From NCBI GenBank assembly GCA_047967505.1, contig CM106538.1: a stretch of DNA of 64,000 nucleotides; one strand, 5' to 3'. The position numbers and the translations under genes are program-made. Below the pieces are notes generated by a model. That model did not search any database. It saw only the letters and a list, made by a program, of their open reading frames with translations, and was not told the DNA's origin. Shown here one piece after another: positions 24,801 through 37,670 of this stretch. The first letter of the stretch is position 1; every line of letters starts with the position of its first letter. The stretch comes from Dipteris shenzhenensis. Lineage: Eukaryota.

Positions 24801-27800
24801 CGGCTTTGAAATGGCTCGGACAATGCTGACTCACAGTCAGCTCCCTCAGTCCCTCTGGGCTGAGGCCATGATGACAGCGATCCATACTCTTAACCGCTCT
24901 CCGACATCAGCGGTTCCAGGCATGACCCCTTATCAGGCTTACTATGGTTCTAAGCCCGATGTTTCTCATTTTCGAGTGTTTGGCTGTGATGCTTATGTTC
25001 ATATTCCTAAATCTGATCGTGGAAAGCTTGATCCTAAGTCCCACCAGCTCTTGTTTGTGGGCTACAACTCCGTCTCCACTGGATATCGCCTATATGATCC
25101 CCGCCGCCGCATCATCTCCGTGAGCAGGGATGTCATTTTTGACGAGCAGGTCCTTCCGCCATCCTCCGACTCTCCTCCTGTTCTTGGAGATCCGTCTAAT
25201 GCCCCGGAGCCCTCTACCCCTCCACCTGCCTCGTCCCCCGTTACATCTCCTCCTATTCCCTCTCCTCCGCCTCCTTCTCCGACTCCAACCTCGTCTGCTC
25301 CTCCCTTGGAACCCCGCTCGGTACGTGTTCCGCGATGGCTCACTGATACTCTCCGCTCCTCCGGTCTTGAGGATCCCTACTCCGAACCGCACCCTGATGA
25401 TGGTCCTCGTCGCTCTCATCGCCACCCCCCACCATCCTCTTCTGATCCCCTCCATGTCAATTACGCCCTTATGTCTCGCATCCTCGCCACTCGCGAGCCA
25501 ACTACCGTTCCTCAGGCTCTGGACCAGCCTCATTGGAAACAAGCTATGGAAGCGGAAATTCATGCTCTTCTTCGGAACCACACATGGGACCTTGTTCCTC
25601 GTCCCTCTCACCGTTCCGTGATCGGTGTCCGGTGGATATTCAAAACAAAGTACGCCTCTGATGGCTCTGTCGACAAGTATAAAGCTCGGCTGGTGGCTAA
25701 AGGCTATGCTCAACGACCCGGCATCGACTATGGGGAGACCTTTGCACCTACCGCCCGGATGAGCACCATCCGAACGATGCTTGCTCTTGCGGCCCACCAT
25801 CAGTGGCCCATTTTTCAAATGGACGTCAAATCTGCGTTTTTGAATGGGGATCTTCAAGAAGAGGTATATGTGGATCAGCCACCCGGCTTCATTGTTTCTC
25901 GTTCTCCTACCATGGTCTGTCGCCTTCGCAAGGCCCTCTACGGTCTCAAGCAAGCTCCTAGGGCCTGGAATCAGCGTATTGATACTTTCTTCTGCCACCA
26001 AGGGCTTCATCGCTCTCTGGCTGATCCCAATCTTTATCTCTTTCATGAAGGACAGCTTCATACCTTCATCATTCTTTATGTGGATGATCTGATTCTTACT
26101 GGGAGTCATACCACTCATATCCTTGCCATTAAAGTTGCTCTTCAAACTGAATTTGAGATGACGGATATGGGCCTCCTCCATTTTTTCTTGGGTCTCGAGA
26201 TTTGGCAGACCAAGAGGGGGTATTTTGTCTCTCAGCAGCGCTATGTTCACGAGCTCCTCGAAACTTTCCACATGGCTGATTGTCGGCCCATCACTTCTCC
26301 CATGGATCCCAACTCTAAACTCTCTGCTTCTGGGTCCACTGCTTATCCTGATGCCTCCCTCTACCGCCAGCTTGTTGGTTCTCTTATCTGGCTCCTTAAC
26401 ACTCGGCTGGATCTCGGCTTCTCTGTCGGCACCCTCAGTACCTTTATGCAAACCCCTTCGCTTTCTCATTGGCAGGCTGCTCGTCGTCTCCTCCGCTATC
26501 TTCAGGGAACCTCTACTTTCGGGCTCCTATATACTGCCGGTGGCTCCTCTCCTTCCCCGCTCACTCTCCGAGGTTGGAGTGACTCTGATTGGGCTGGCGA
26601 CCCTGATTCTCGCCGCTCTACCACGGGCTATGTTTTCTCCTTTGGCTCTGCGGCTATCTCCTGGTCCAGTAAATGACAACCCACGGTCGCCCTATCATCC
26701 ACCGAGGCTGAGTATCGTGCCATGTGTAGTGCCACTTGTGAGGCTGTGTGGCTTCGGCGCCTTCTTCTCGATTGTGGTTTTCAGCAACACGCTCCTACCA
26801 CACTTTTTTGTGACAATCAAAGCTGTCTCGCCCTTGCTCGCAATCCGGTCTTCCATGCTCGGACAAAGCACATCGAAGTTCAGTACCACTACACTCGGGA
26901 TAAGGTTCTTGACGGTACCATTTTGCTCCTCTTCAGCACCACTACCGACAACATCGCCGACATTTTCACCAAACCCGTTTCCTCTCCCCTCCTCCAGCGT
27001 CATGCTAGCTCTTTGGGTCTTGTGCCACACCTTGGAGCTGAGAGGGGGTGTTGAGATTGACATCTCCAGGTGTTCTGTACAGAGTGAGGGCCTTTGATGT
27101 GGGTGTGCCCGCCCAGTGAGAGAGGTCTCAGTTAGTCCGTATTCAGGTTCTTTTTCGACCTCCACAGGACTCGCTCCAGCACAATTCCGGCACCCATGAG
27201 ACAGGGCCGAAGCGGGGGACAGAGGGGGACAGACCAGGCCGACCAACCCTGGCCGACCAGCTCCTGGCCGACCAACTCTGGCCGACCAGCCCCTGGCCGA
27301 CCAGCTCCTGGCCAGGGTAGGTGGTCGGCCCAGTTGGCTGACCGACCAGCTGGTCGGCCTAGGCCAACTGGGCCGACCACCTACCCTGGCCTCCCCTACA
27401 TAAGGGCCCTCCCCCTCATTTTGATCATCTTCTGGTGCAGCTCCTCAGGCCTCCTGCAGCTCTCTGCCTCCTCCAGTGCTCCTCTGCTGCCAAGCTGCCT
27501 GCCCTCGCTCCCCTTGCAGATCTTTCACCCCTGCCTGTTGCTGTCCTTCAGTTCAGCCCTGGTGTTCCTGCTTCTCAGCTCATATTTGCACCTCTCCTTC
27601 CAGCTTCCGCTGCTGCCTTTGAGTGCCCGCATTGCTGAGCTTCTGAACAGCATTACTCTGCCTTCTACAGTCTCTCTCAGGCTCTTCTAGCAGGCTGTAC
27701 TACAGGTTTTGTATTGCTGTTATAGAGCAGTATTTTCTCCTCTATTTATGAGGATTGTATCTACATTTTACTGCTTCATTGAGGGCTGAATTACAGCAAC

Positions 27801-27863
27801 CTTTCAGGCCTACTGGTGTCTCATGCTTTCCTGTTATATTCACTCACTGCTCATATATTAACA
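21840..27863 (+). mobile_element. Full-length Ty1/Copia LTR retrotransposon
   Basis: LTRs 21840-22650 and 27049-27863 (TG...CA); TSD ACTTC; PBS TGGTATCAGAGC (tRNA-iMet) at 22651; PPT GAGAGGGGG before 27049; gag-PR-IN-RT-RH order. Confidence 0.97.
22908..27054 (+). pseudogene. Copia gag-pol polyprotein, disrupted
   Basis: CNHCGTPGHYWRNC knuckle, WIVDSGASRHM protease, HHCC/DDE integrase, YVDD RT, SDSDWAG/IADIFTK RNase H; -1 frameshifts at ~23680 and ~24562, TGA at 26674-26676. Confidence 0.92.
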
Positions 27864-28761
27864 ACTTCTCCATAGAATCCTTCACTTCTCCAGAGGCTCG
27901 AAAAAGGTGATGTGGGCTAAACAATTTATGATTAAAAATGCAATTACAAATAATAGGGCAAGTGATAACGTTAACTAAAATACCTGTCAAAGAAGTTTTG
28001 GTTGGCAGCTTTAGACTTCCCTCCATGACCCGGTTTCAGCTAAGGTTCTGCTCCTTGTGGGGAACCCTTCTATTTTTTGACATTTAGACTTGGTATGACC
28101 ATGTTCCTCGTAGATGAAGCATCTTCCCTCTTTCTTGAGACGTAATGTGTGTAGAAAACGGTCTCTATTGCTCTTTGTCGATTTCAACTTCTTCTTGGAA
28201 GGGCTGTCCTAAGACTTGCCCTCCTTGGTTCCAAAAGACCACTTGAAGAACTTGCGTTTGTTCTTCCGTCCTGTATCCAAGGTGGTTGTTCGCTTTGCTG
28301 AGGTTGTTGTATCATCATATATGGGTGCATAGTTTATGGCCTATGTTCGCGAAATTAAGTTATCCTTTCAGAAAGAGATCAAGGATCTTAAGTTGACCCA
28401 TCAGCAAGAGATAAACGCTCTTAAATTGGAGATTCACTCACTAAAAGAAGCCAAACTCACGGGAACTACAGGTACACCCGCTTCCTACAAAGTGGTACTC
28501 TTGTTGTTCTTAACCTGTAGCTTATACGAATAAGGTAGTCCATCAATGAAAAATCCCAATAAATTGATGGGATCCATCTTTGGTGTAAGGGTGTGCAACT
28601 CTTTGGACTTTTGTAGATAATTCTCTTTAAGTTCCCACTGAAGGGGAATTTATGGGTCAATCAAATTTGCGGAGTGCACATTGAGACAGAGGGAGAGAGA
28701 GAGATAGAGAGAAAGAAAGCAAGAAAGAAAGTTCATTTAAGTCTTCGGAAGACCGATGGGT

Positions 28762-29490
<729 letters not shown>

Positions 29491-29549
29491 ATCTAGGTAA
29501 GAAGCAACTTCCCATCTTTGGAACCAGCCTTTAATGTCATACCCCCATC

Positions 29550-29606
<57 letters not shown>

Positions 29607-29626
29607 CGGGAGAGAGGGAGGGAGGG

Positions 29627-29679
<53 letters not shown>

Positions 29680-29681
<2 letters not shown>

Positions 29682-31250
29682 CCTCGCGGGCCTATGGGAC
29701 AAAGTAAGTAAAGGGCACGCTAGGACCCTTGCTGAGTACTAATCTATGCTAACAAAATCATAATCATGAACAGAAATAGTCAATTGCAATTGCATAGTGG
29801 ACCAGATCATTCTAGCTAGTATCAGGTACAGATTGAAAAACAAGTCAGTCTCGGAGTTGGACTCAAGCTTGTAACAGTGATGTCTCTCCGGTGGGCTGCA
29901 AAGATGTCTTGTATCTGCGTCTGTCAAGCTGTCTCACACTGTGGTGGGGGACGCGGTCTACTCGCTCTTTGAACTCTTTGAGCTATGTCCAGACTCCGGA
30001 GTGACCCTCGTCTCTGTCGGTCCCCCCTGAGGAAAGCTGTGATAGGTCGGACTCTCAATAGAGTGTACTCTGGGGACTCTATCTCGCACATGTGGTCTCT
30101 GCATCCCTCTCTCGGTAGTATCGTGTTGGCTGCTCATCCAGACTGCTCTCATGTCGGCTAGCTCCTCCTCCTCCACTCCACTGTGTCCTGGGGTTGACTC
30201 AAATGTATAGAAGTTTGTGACGTGTCGTTGTGCCCAGTCATCTTCTCTGTCTTGTGGTGGTCTGGCCATCCCTTGCTGCTCTCTGATTTGTCGCAGTGGT
30301 GTCTCCCTGTGCCGATGCATCTTCATCAGATAAAGCTCGATACAGACCTGGTCATGGAAATGGATCAGTCGTGATAAAGGGCCGAAGCCACTCCCCTCCA
30401 TATAGAGACGTGCCAAGGCCTATCCTTCTCAGGGGAAACTTACTCAGCTCCTAGAGGGCGGAGTTGTGCCCATGCCCTGGATAGAAGGTTTGCATTTGGG
30501 ATAGGCCCCTGTTCTGCATATATATCCTCGAAGGCATGCATAGACAGAGTGCAATTGGGCTAGTTTGCAGTTAGGCATTTGCTCTCCATGAAGCTTGCGG
30601 AGAGTTGCAAAAGATGACAAGTATAGAGAAGTGTGACAGGTGGTGGCTGAGGAGAAGACAAGTGTTAAGATTGACTTGCTTATCCTTATATTTTTAAAAC
30701 TAGAAATTGATCATGGAGGGAGGACCTTAATCATGCAAGAGAAATCATTGTACTTAGTGCACAATCACAATGCTGGTCTGAGAGCATTCAGCAAGACACG
30801 GGTAGGTTTTGGCTGGTAGCGCCCTCGGATCTCATAGTAGGTTGGGCAGACACAGAGAAAATGGTCCTCTGTCTCAACCGCCCCAGCGTACATAGCGTGC
30901 AGACCCGTTGCTCGTTGGGTATACCTGTTGCTCTCCCTGCCTTGATCCTCAATTGTGATGGGATGAAACCTGCATCTGACCATGGCAATTCTCAGTGCAT
31001 GAGTCCTCCAGATACTAGGGTCTTATGATGAATCCCTCCTTTGATACGCTCAAGAAGTGGTCGCGGTAAAATTGCATCTTGGTGGGGAGCTCCTGGTCCT
31101 CCCCCCAAGTTTGGGATGTATGAAGCTGGAGGAGGTCTAACCGTATGATACGGTTGATCTCTTCTCGCAGACCACGTCCTTCTCCGCCACCCCAACTTGA
31201 GATAGTTCGACAGATGCAAATTTGAGACATTTTCACTGCTCGCAGACGAG
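29680..31250 (-). mobile_element. RTEX-like LINE 3' fragments, interrupted at ~30420-30800
   Basis: ELPTKMQFYRDHFL, VETEDHFLCVCPTYYEIRGRY and GFGPLSRL; homologous to the 55061-55927 ORF. Confidence 0.7.
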
Positions 31251-31530
31251 CCACCATTATGCCGGGCTTCGGCTTCTGAGCTTGAGCCTCAGTGTTCAAC
31301 TGGTTGCTAGTCTCTCGTTTATATTTGATTCTTGCTCGAGCTATTGAGCTCTGTAGATCAGTTTTAGTAGGTTTAACAATTCATCCATTTAGCAGTCTTA
31401 GCACTCAGCAAGGGCCCTAGTGCGCCCTTTGCTCAAGCCCATCGAGGCTTGTATGAGATCTTCCTTTTAGTGCATTTTATACTTTGTCCCATAGGCCCAT
31501 GAGGCCTTCCGCGGATGTTAATACATCTCT

Positions 31531-33822
31531 CTTTTTTTTTCCTCGAGAAAAGAACTTCTATTGATGCTTGTAAAAAAACGATCATACAAGTTGGCAAATA
31601 CCATAAAGGTGCCAACCGTGAAAATCAACGAAATATCAAATGCTGGCTGTCAGAAAGACACTCCTATTGCCAGAGATCCTAGCTCATTGCCTAGGGATTC
31701 TTTATAAGAGGGGCTAACAACCAGGGTGGTGGACTATACAACCATCTGATCCCTCTCGAGGTAATGTTGTAGAAAACACTTGCAGGCCAAGCCTTGCAGA
31801 AACGTTCCCTTCGTGCGGCGGTAGCTTGAGAACCTGGAGAGCCTCGCTCCCAAGTGGCGCGAAGCGTGAAGATGATGTCATGCGAGATGGCTACCAAGGT
31901 GGCCGACGGTGGAACATGGTGCTGGCCCATAACCCAGCTGCAACGAGCAACCCAGGTGTTCCATGCTGTAATGCTGCTATCTCCCACACGCTGTCCTTTG
32001 ACGAAGGAAGACTTCAATGACTAGTGGGAGGGGTCGCCTCATGAAACTCAATGCTGTGAATGCACAATCCTATATGCTGGAGAGACCATGTCAATTGGAA
32101 AGGCATGGCCACCCTTTGACAACCAAGCAGCCATGCCCCACGTGAAGTCCCTTTGCGTGCCCTGAAGCCTCACCACGATCCAAAGCACTCCTCGCCATAT
32201 CCTCTGTGCTGCTTGGCAGCTCCAAAGGTAGTGGGAGATCGTCTCCAAAGTCCCAATCGTGCATCTATGGCAGCTGCCATCTGCCCGCATCTGCTCGAAC
32301 CAAGGGCCAACGGGAAAACCTCCATGCGCTATCATCCAGAAAAAGTAGGAGATCTTCCGCGGTCGGAGATTGGACCAGATGTGTGTCTAGAACTTGGATC
32401 TCACCTCTCGAGGTACCTGTTGCGCTGTCCAATGCCTCTCTCTCTCTCTCGACGGAGTCCAGGCTACCGCCTCGAATTGCATGCGGCGACCTATGCGTGT
32501 AGTATAAGAGAAGAAGGGCACCTCCTCCACTCTCTCTGAGTGGCCTACTTTGGACGGCCAGAACCACTCGCCTGGGTCCCACTATACCTCACTGAGGGGA
32601 CGACCCTCCCATAACCATAAGCGCCAACGAGCTACGTCCAGATTTGAAATGCAAGAGGGGTCGATCGACCACTCCTTGCCCAAACGGCCCACTACTCTGA
32701 CCCTCTGCCACCCTAACTGATCCACGGCTCCATCCATCTCCGAATCTCCATCTATCAGAGACTGCAAGAGTCCACCTGGACCCACACTGTAGAATGGGGC
32801 TTGGCTGAGAATGGGAGGGAGGGGGCATAGCTGAATCCAAAGAGGTACCTCTGTCCTTGAGAACTGGCCCAACCATTGTGCTAGTGTGAAACTTTGAAGG
32901 CCCGCCCACCAAGACTCTTAGATAGCTGCCTCAATTTTTGCCATCCTCGGGCCCGCGCCTCGAAGATGTGAGAGGGTCTCTAATCGTACCTTTGCGTCAA
33001 CTGGGAGTCTCGCCCACGTCTTGAAAGCTCGAGTTGGGCTGCTGTCCCACTGTGCCCAACCAATGTGTAACCTCTGGCCCAGCATGCAACCATCCTGATC
33101 CCGGACTGTCGGGTGCCAGATCAGAGGCTGTCATGCAAACTCCTCGGAAAATTGAGGACTAGCCTGGAGAAGACCCCCCGCCAATTGTTGCCAAACTCTG
33201 AAGAGGCTCCGCATCAAGGGAGAGCCCTTTCCTGTAAGGGGGGCCTCCGAGAAGAGCCATTTATGTGACTGTTGCTATTGACCACCCGTGCGGGGAGTGT
33301 TCCGAAGGAGACCACATTGCAGAAGAAGTTTCCAGGGCTCTGTACCTGGAAGCTTCCAGGGCTCTGGACTCTGGGATGGAAGAGTTCGAAGGGCCTCCCA
33401 AAGCTCCGCATCTGAAAAAGGGGCATCTCACTGGCTGCTTGCACTCCAGGAGACCACCTCCAGAACGTGTGCTCAAACTGAATCTCGAGTTGCCAAAACT
33501 TGTGGGGACCCCTCCTCAGCCAAGAACAAGCGTCGATAGAAATCCGAGGTCAACTCCAAGATCTCCTGCGGATCCGAGTGCATCTGCCCACTGTGCAACT
33601 GTGCGCGAGCTGATCTCGGGCCAGTGGCCTGAAAGAACTGCGTGCTCATCTTGTCACCTTGCTGTACCCATCGAGATCTAGAGGAGTGGTAGGAGTATTC
33701 AGCCCGTCTCACCTCAGTATCTTGAAGCTTCAAATTAGTGCACTTATACCAGTCTGCTAACCATTGTGACTCTAAATCTTGATCCCGAAGACGCTCAATG
33801 GAGGCCAAGTCCCGCCACAAAG

Positions 33823-33857
<35 letters not shown>

Positions 33858-34590
33858 AGTATGATGGCGGTGCATTGCATGGGTGCGAAGCTCCTCATTG
33901 CTTCGCTGAATCGCCTCAGCTACCCACATGTCCTAACCTCCGTGCAGGGGGGACTCAGGCAGCTGCCAAATAGCTGTAATACTCTGCTGTACCACCTCCT
34001 CGCATCTGGAATGCGGACCCCTCTCTGCTGTAGGCCACGGCGGGGCTGCTCTAGGTGAAGAATGATAGGGGAGTGGTCCGAGAGGGTAGTCCCTACTAGA
34101 ATACCGGTGGTTCCACCCCTATGCATGGCCTAATCTCCGACATAGACTCTGTCTAGTCTCTCAAGTAAACCATTCTGCCGCTGCTGCCCAAAGGAGAAAC
34201 TGAGACTGCTAGGAGACCTAGAGAACTCCAGTTCCCTCCAAGGGTCCCGACCGCCGATCTAGAAAATAAACTGCTTCCAAGTGCTTCTTTCCGAAGCCGA
34301 CATCTCAAAATAAGAAGCATCCTTGCGCTTGTCCTCCTCAAACTCGAGATTGTTGAAGTCACCTCCAACAATCCACGAATCCACATCCATCAACCGCCTC
34401 CAGAAGGTGGGTCGCTGTTGTCTACAAGCTGGGGCATACACATTGAGAACCCCATTCCTGGAGTCCCCAACCCTCAAGCCTGTCCATACTACTCTGCCTG
34501 GGGTGAGCTAGCCCTGATCGTACACATTTGTTCCAACAGATAGGGACACCGAAATGTAGACCCCCCCACTCCTGCCAACCGCGGGGGACC
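31531..34590 (-). mobile_element. Decayed L1-clade LINE with the RT core apparently deleted
   Basis: APE endonuclease motifs NVYAP, WIVGGDFNN and LSDHSPI; RSRWVQQGDK; zf-RVT CHRC...ETISHYLWSC; poly(A) at 31531-31540. Confidence 0.75.
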
Positions 34591-34837
34591 ATACCTTAGG
34601 GCCTCTCTTTGGAAGGAGGTGCTGTCTACGTCGAACATCTGCAGCTGAAAACATATGCTCCTAGATCAAGAGGAAGTCCACTGTCCACCCAACCACTGCC
34701 CTCTGCAACTCTTGTCAAAGTAACAGATGTTGCAGTTGCTTACGCGCGCGATCGTGGAGCTTGTATACGTTCCAACTCGGTCCAACTCATGGGCAGGTGG
34801 GAGGGGTGAAGAACAAAGCTCGCCTATGAGTGGGATC

Positions 34838-36076
34838 ACTAAAATGAAAATGTTTAGACTTCACAAGCAGTTGTAGCTTCAATGAAGAGATTTTGGACTA
34901 CCTTTTGATTAGCCTTCTCCTTTAGTGCTAGCCTTCATCATGGTTGAGTCTGCCCTTCACCTCCGGAGTGCCGACAGAAACTCAGTATGAAGACTTTGTA
35001 TAAATGGATCCTCAAGTATGTGTGGGTGTGAGGATTTGTATGTGTGAGAGCATATTTTTATACTATGGTCGACACCCACTGTTAAGCGCTGATGACATCA
35101 GTGGGGATCATAGTTACCAGCCGAAACGGGAACGGAAGAAACGGAGTTTCCGGGCCCTGTCGAAACGGAAACGGAAGAAACGGCAATATGATACAATTTA
35201 TGTATAAAAATTTATTTTTTATACATAATATAATTATCAATAGAGTGCAATTTGCAAATCATACATAATACAATTATCTATACTTGAAGCTTTAGCCTTC
35301 AAGCATCAATGCATCATTCATACTTCTTGGAGCCACCGCCTCCTTTATAACTATCTAGGAGGGAGACATGGAACCAATAAGCATCTCTCGGCATTGAGGA
35401 GGATGGAGAGGTGAGAAGGAGGATGGAGAGGTCACAAGTGAGAAAGGATGGAGAGGTAGAAGGAGGATGGAGAGCTCAGAGGTAAAAGAGGATGGAGAGG
35501 TGGAAGGAGCTTGGAGGATCAGAGGTAGAAGTGAAGGAGGATGGAGAGGTTACAGGTAAGATTAAAGAGAGGATGGAGAGAAGAAGGATGGAGGGATGGA
35601 GAGCAGGCTGCCAAGCTGCAGCTTGCAGGATGGAGAAGATGGAGCAAAGGATGAAGAGGATGGAGGTCCGAGGAAAACGGGATGGAGAGTCCAAGAGCAA
35701 AGGATGGAGGGATGGAGAGAGCTTAGAGAAGGTGGAGAGAGCAGCAAGGATGCACAGGAGGAGTGCAATCGGCGGGAGGTGGCGAAAAATGGAGCCAGGC
35801 GGCGAAATCATGACTTTTGGGATTTAGGGCAAAAACAGGTTTTACGAAACGGCGTTTCTTGAAGAAACGCCGTTTTCGTTTCGCCGTTTTCGTTTCCGGC
35901 CACGAAACGGCCGTTTCGTGCAACTATGGTGGGGATGTCATAGTAGCTAGTCCTTGCTATGCATGATGGAGTTTATGGTTTTCGACCTTGTGAGTGACTA
36001 TCATGAGATTGAAAGTGCACTATGTTGTGTTTTTAGAGGATGAGTTTGGGAATGTTCTTGGATTCATCTAGGTATA
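34838..36076 (+). mobile_element. 559-nt structured retroelement copy D, split by a hAT-type MITE
   Basis: 34838-35108 plus 35929-36076 reassemble the unit, ending CATCTAGGTATA; no TSD found. Confidence 0.8.
35109..35928. mobile_element. Non-autonomous hAT-type DNA transposon (820 bp)
   Basis: 8-bp TSD GTGGGGAT; short TIR CATAGTTAC/GCAACTATG; clustered subterminal GAAACGG motifs; uninterrupted sister copies of the host element show the empty site. Confidence 0.88.
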
Positions 36077-36419
36077 CGTGCTTAGAGGAACGGTTCGAAG
36101 CGTAAGCTGCAGCTTAGAAACGAGTCAGATCTCGCACTTGTTCAATGCCCCTTCCGTGTTATTGCACGCATAGCGTGGCGGCTTGACGAACGACGGAGTG
36201 GGTTGGCTTGAGCGTGGAGTGGAACGTGAGCGATGGAGTAGAACGAGTGTGGAGCAGAACGAGTGATGGACCTTGGAGCTGCCAACACTAGTTGTTAATA
36301 CATCTCTCTCGATGAGTGCAGAGGGATGAGAGCCCACCTTACACGTGAGCGAGCATTGGGACACTTGACTTCACCAGAGGCACAACGAATCTCACGTTGA
36401 GTGACACGGTGTAAGAAGC

Positions 36420-37670
36420 GGGCTTTCCTCTTGCATAGAATGGATGAGGTGATCAGCTCCTTCCGCGGAGACCCTACTATAGGATGGGGGCTCTAGTCAG
36501 AGGGGAAGTCGCCCATCCCCATCACAGATCCAACTGTCTGGCATACATATGCATGCTCCCTATATGATGTCCCAGGTCAGGAGGCACCACCTGATATGTC
36601 CTCTATGCCTAGACCCACTACATGTCATTTGTTTACTGCATAGAATGTACGAGCTACCCTTCTCCGGCTTCATAACCGGAGATCACCAAATCATGAGGGA
36701 CTACACACTGAGCATTTGCGCATGGGCAAGAGATCTTGACCCCGATCCTAGCATAGCTGTTCAATTATGCCGTATGCCATGGCTTCTTACGAACTGATAC
36801 ACAAGGCAGGTGATCCCATGGACACTGGGAACTATTGCACTCTTATGATTGGCCACACTTTGGCTAAGATATATGGGTCGGTACTAGGGAGGGAGATCAG
36901 CAACCACAAAAAGGGTCACGGACAGCGGGCACTTGGGCGGGGGCAGGCAGGTTTTTGGAGACGACACTCTACCCTAGACCACATTTTCACCCAAAGGGCT
37001 ATTATTGAGGAGGCGAAGTCGAGGCATAAGAAAGTCTACACTTGCTTCATAGACTTTCGTGTGGCATTTGATACTGTCCCACACTCTCGCCTGATCAGGA
37101 GGTTACAGGAGTTGCAGCTCCCAGAGGTCATGACGTGGGGGGTTCTCCACCTAAAGGATGTTATCTCATTGATATAGAGCCCGAAGAGAGTTGGTGAGAG
37201 GGGGCAGCCTTGCTTTGTGATCTGAGTAAGCACTCTCGATATTTAACTGCCTCATGGATGAAGACAACCAAACATTGCTGGTTTGGGAAGTCGAGGAAGC
37301 GGGAGAGGAGCTTGAAGCTCTCTCTAAAGAGATAGCAAAAGCGGCCTCGGATCTCGTAGTATACTTGACATTTGAAGATGAAACACTTCTCTGTCCTCCG
37401 TGAATGGGGGAGGTGAATCCGAGTATATTCAAGGGGATCAATAAAACCCTTGTCAGAGATACGAAGGTAGTGGTCTCTGTAGAAGCCAAGCTTCATCGGG
37501 AGTTCACTCGGTTCGAGCCAGGTCTGGAAGGTGTATAGTTGCAAGAGGTCCTCGTGTATGACCTGGTTAACCTCATGATACCTAAGTGTGAGAAACGGCG
37601 CGTCAACGCTGTACTGAAAGGGGGGAAGTTTGTCCATATTTAGCCCAAATCTCTCAAACTACCTACTGGT
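36420..37670. mobile_element. Rearranged RTEX-like LINE pieces on both strands
   Basis: + strand RT N-part (NYCTLMIGH, QAGF, FIDFRVAFDTVPH); - strand KQGCPLSPTLF and a C-terminal part. Confidence 0.7.

Larger units (their letters stand above)
16100..28320 (-). mobile_element. Old Ty3/Gypsy (probably chromoviral) retrotransposon broken up by nested insertions
   Basis: Minus-strand remnants in Gypsy order: gag Zn-knuckle-like ~28080-28120; DHRIDLVP ~21480; WRMCVDY ~20880; FFDDILV (RT); RNase H end ~19500-19700; integrase GLLQPL ~17900 and SDRDSKF/HPQSNGQ ~16920-17050; AYELELPP..HPIFHVSRLK with chromodomain start at 16101-16346. Confidence 0.85.

Noticed and set aside
25090-26469. 459-aa antisense ORF in the Copia
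   Set aside because: Shadow frame of the RT coding region
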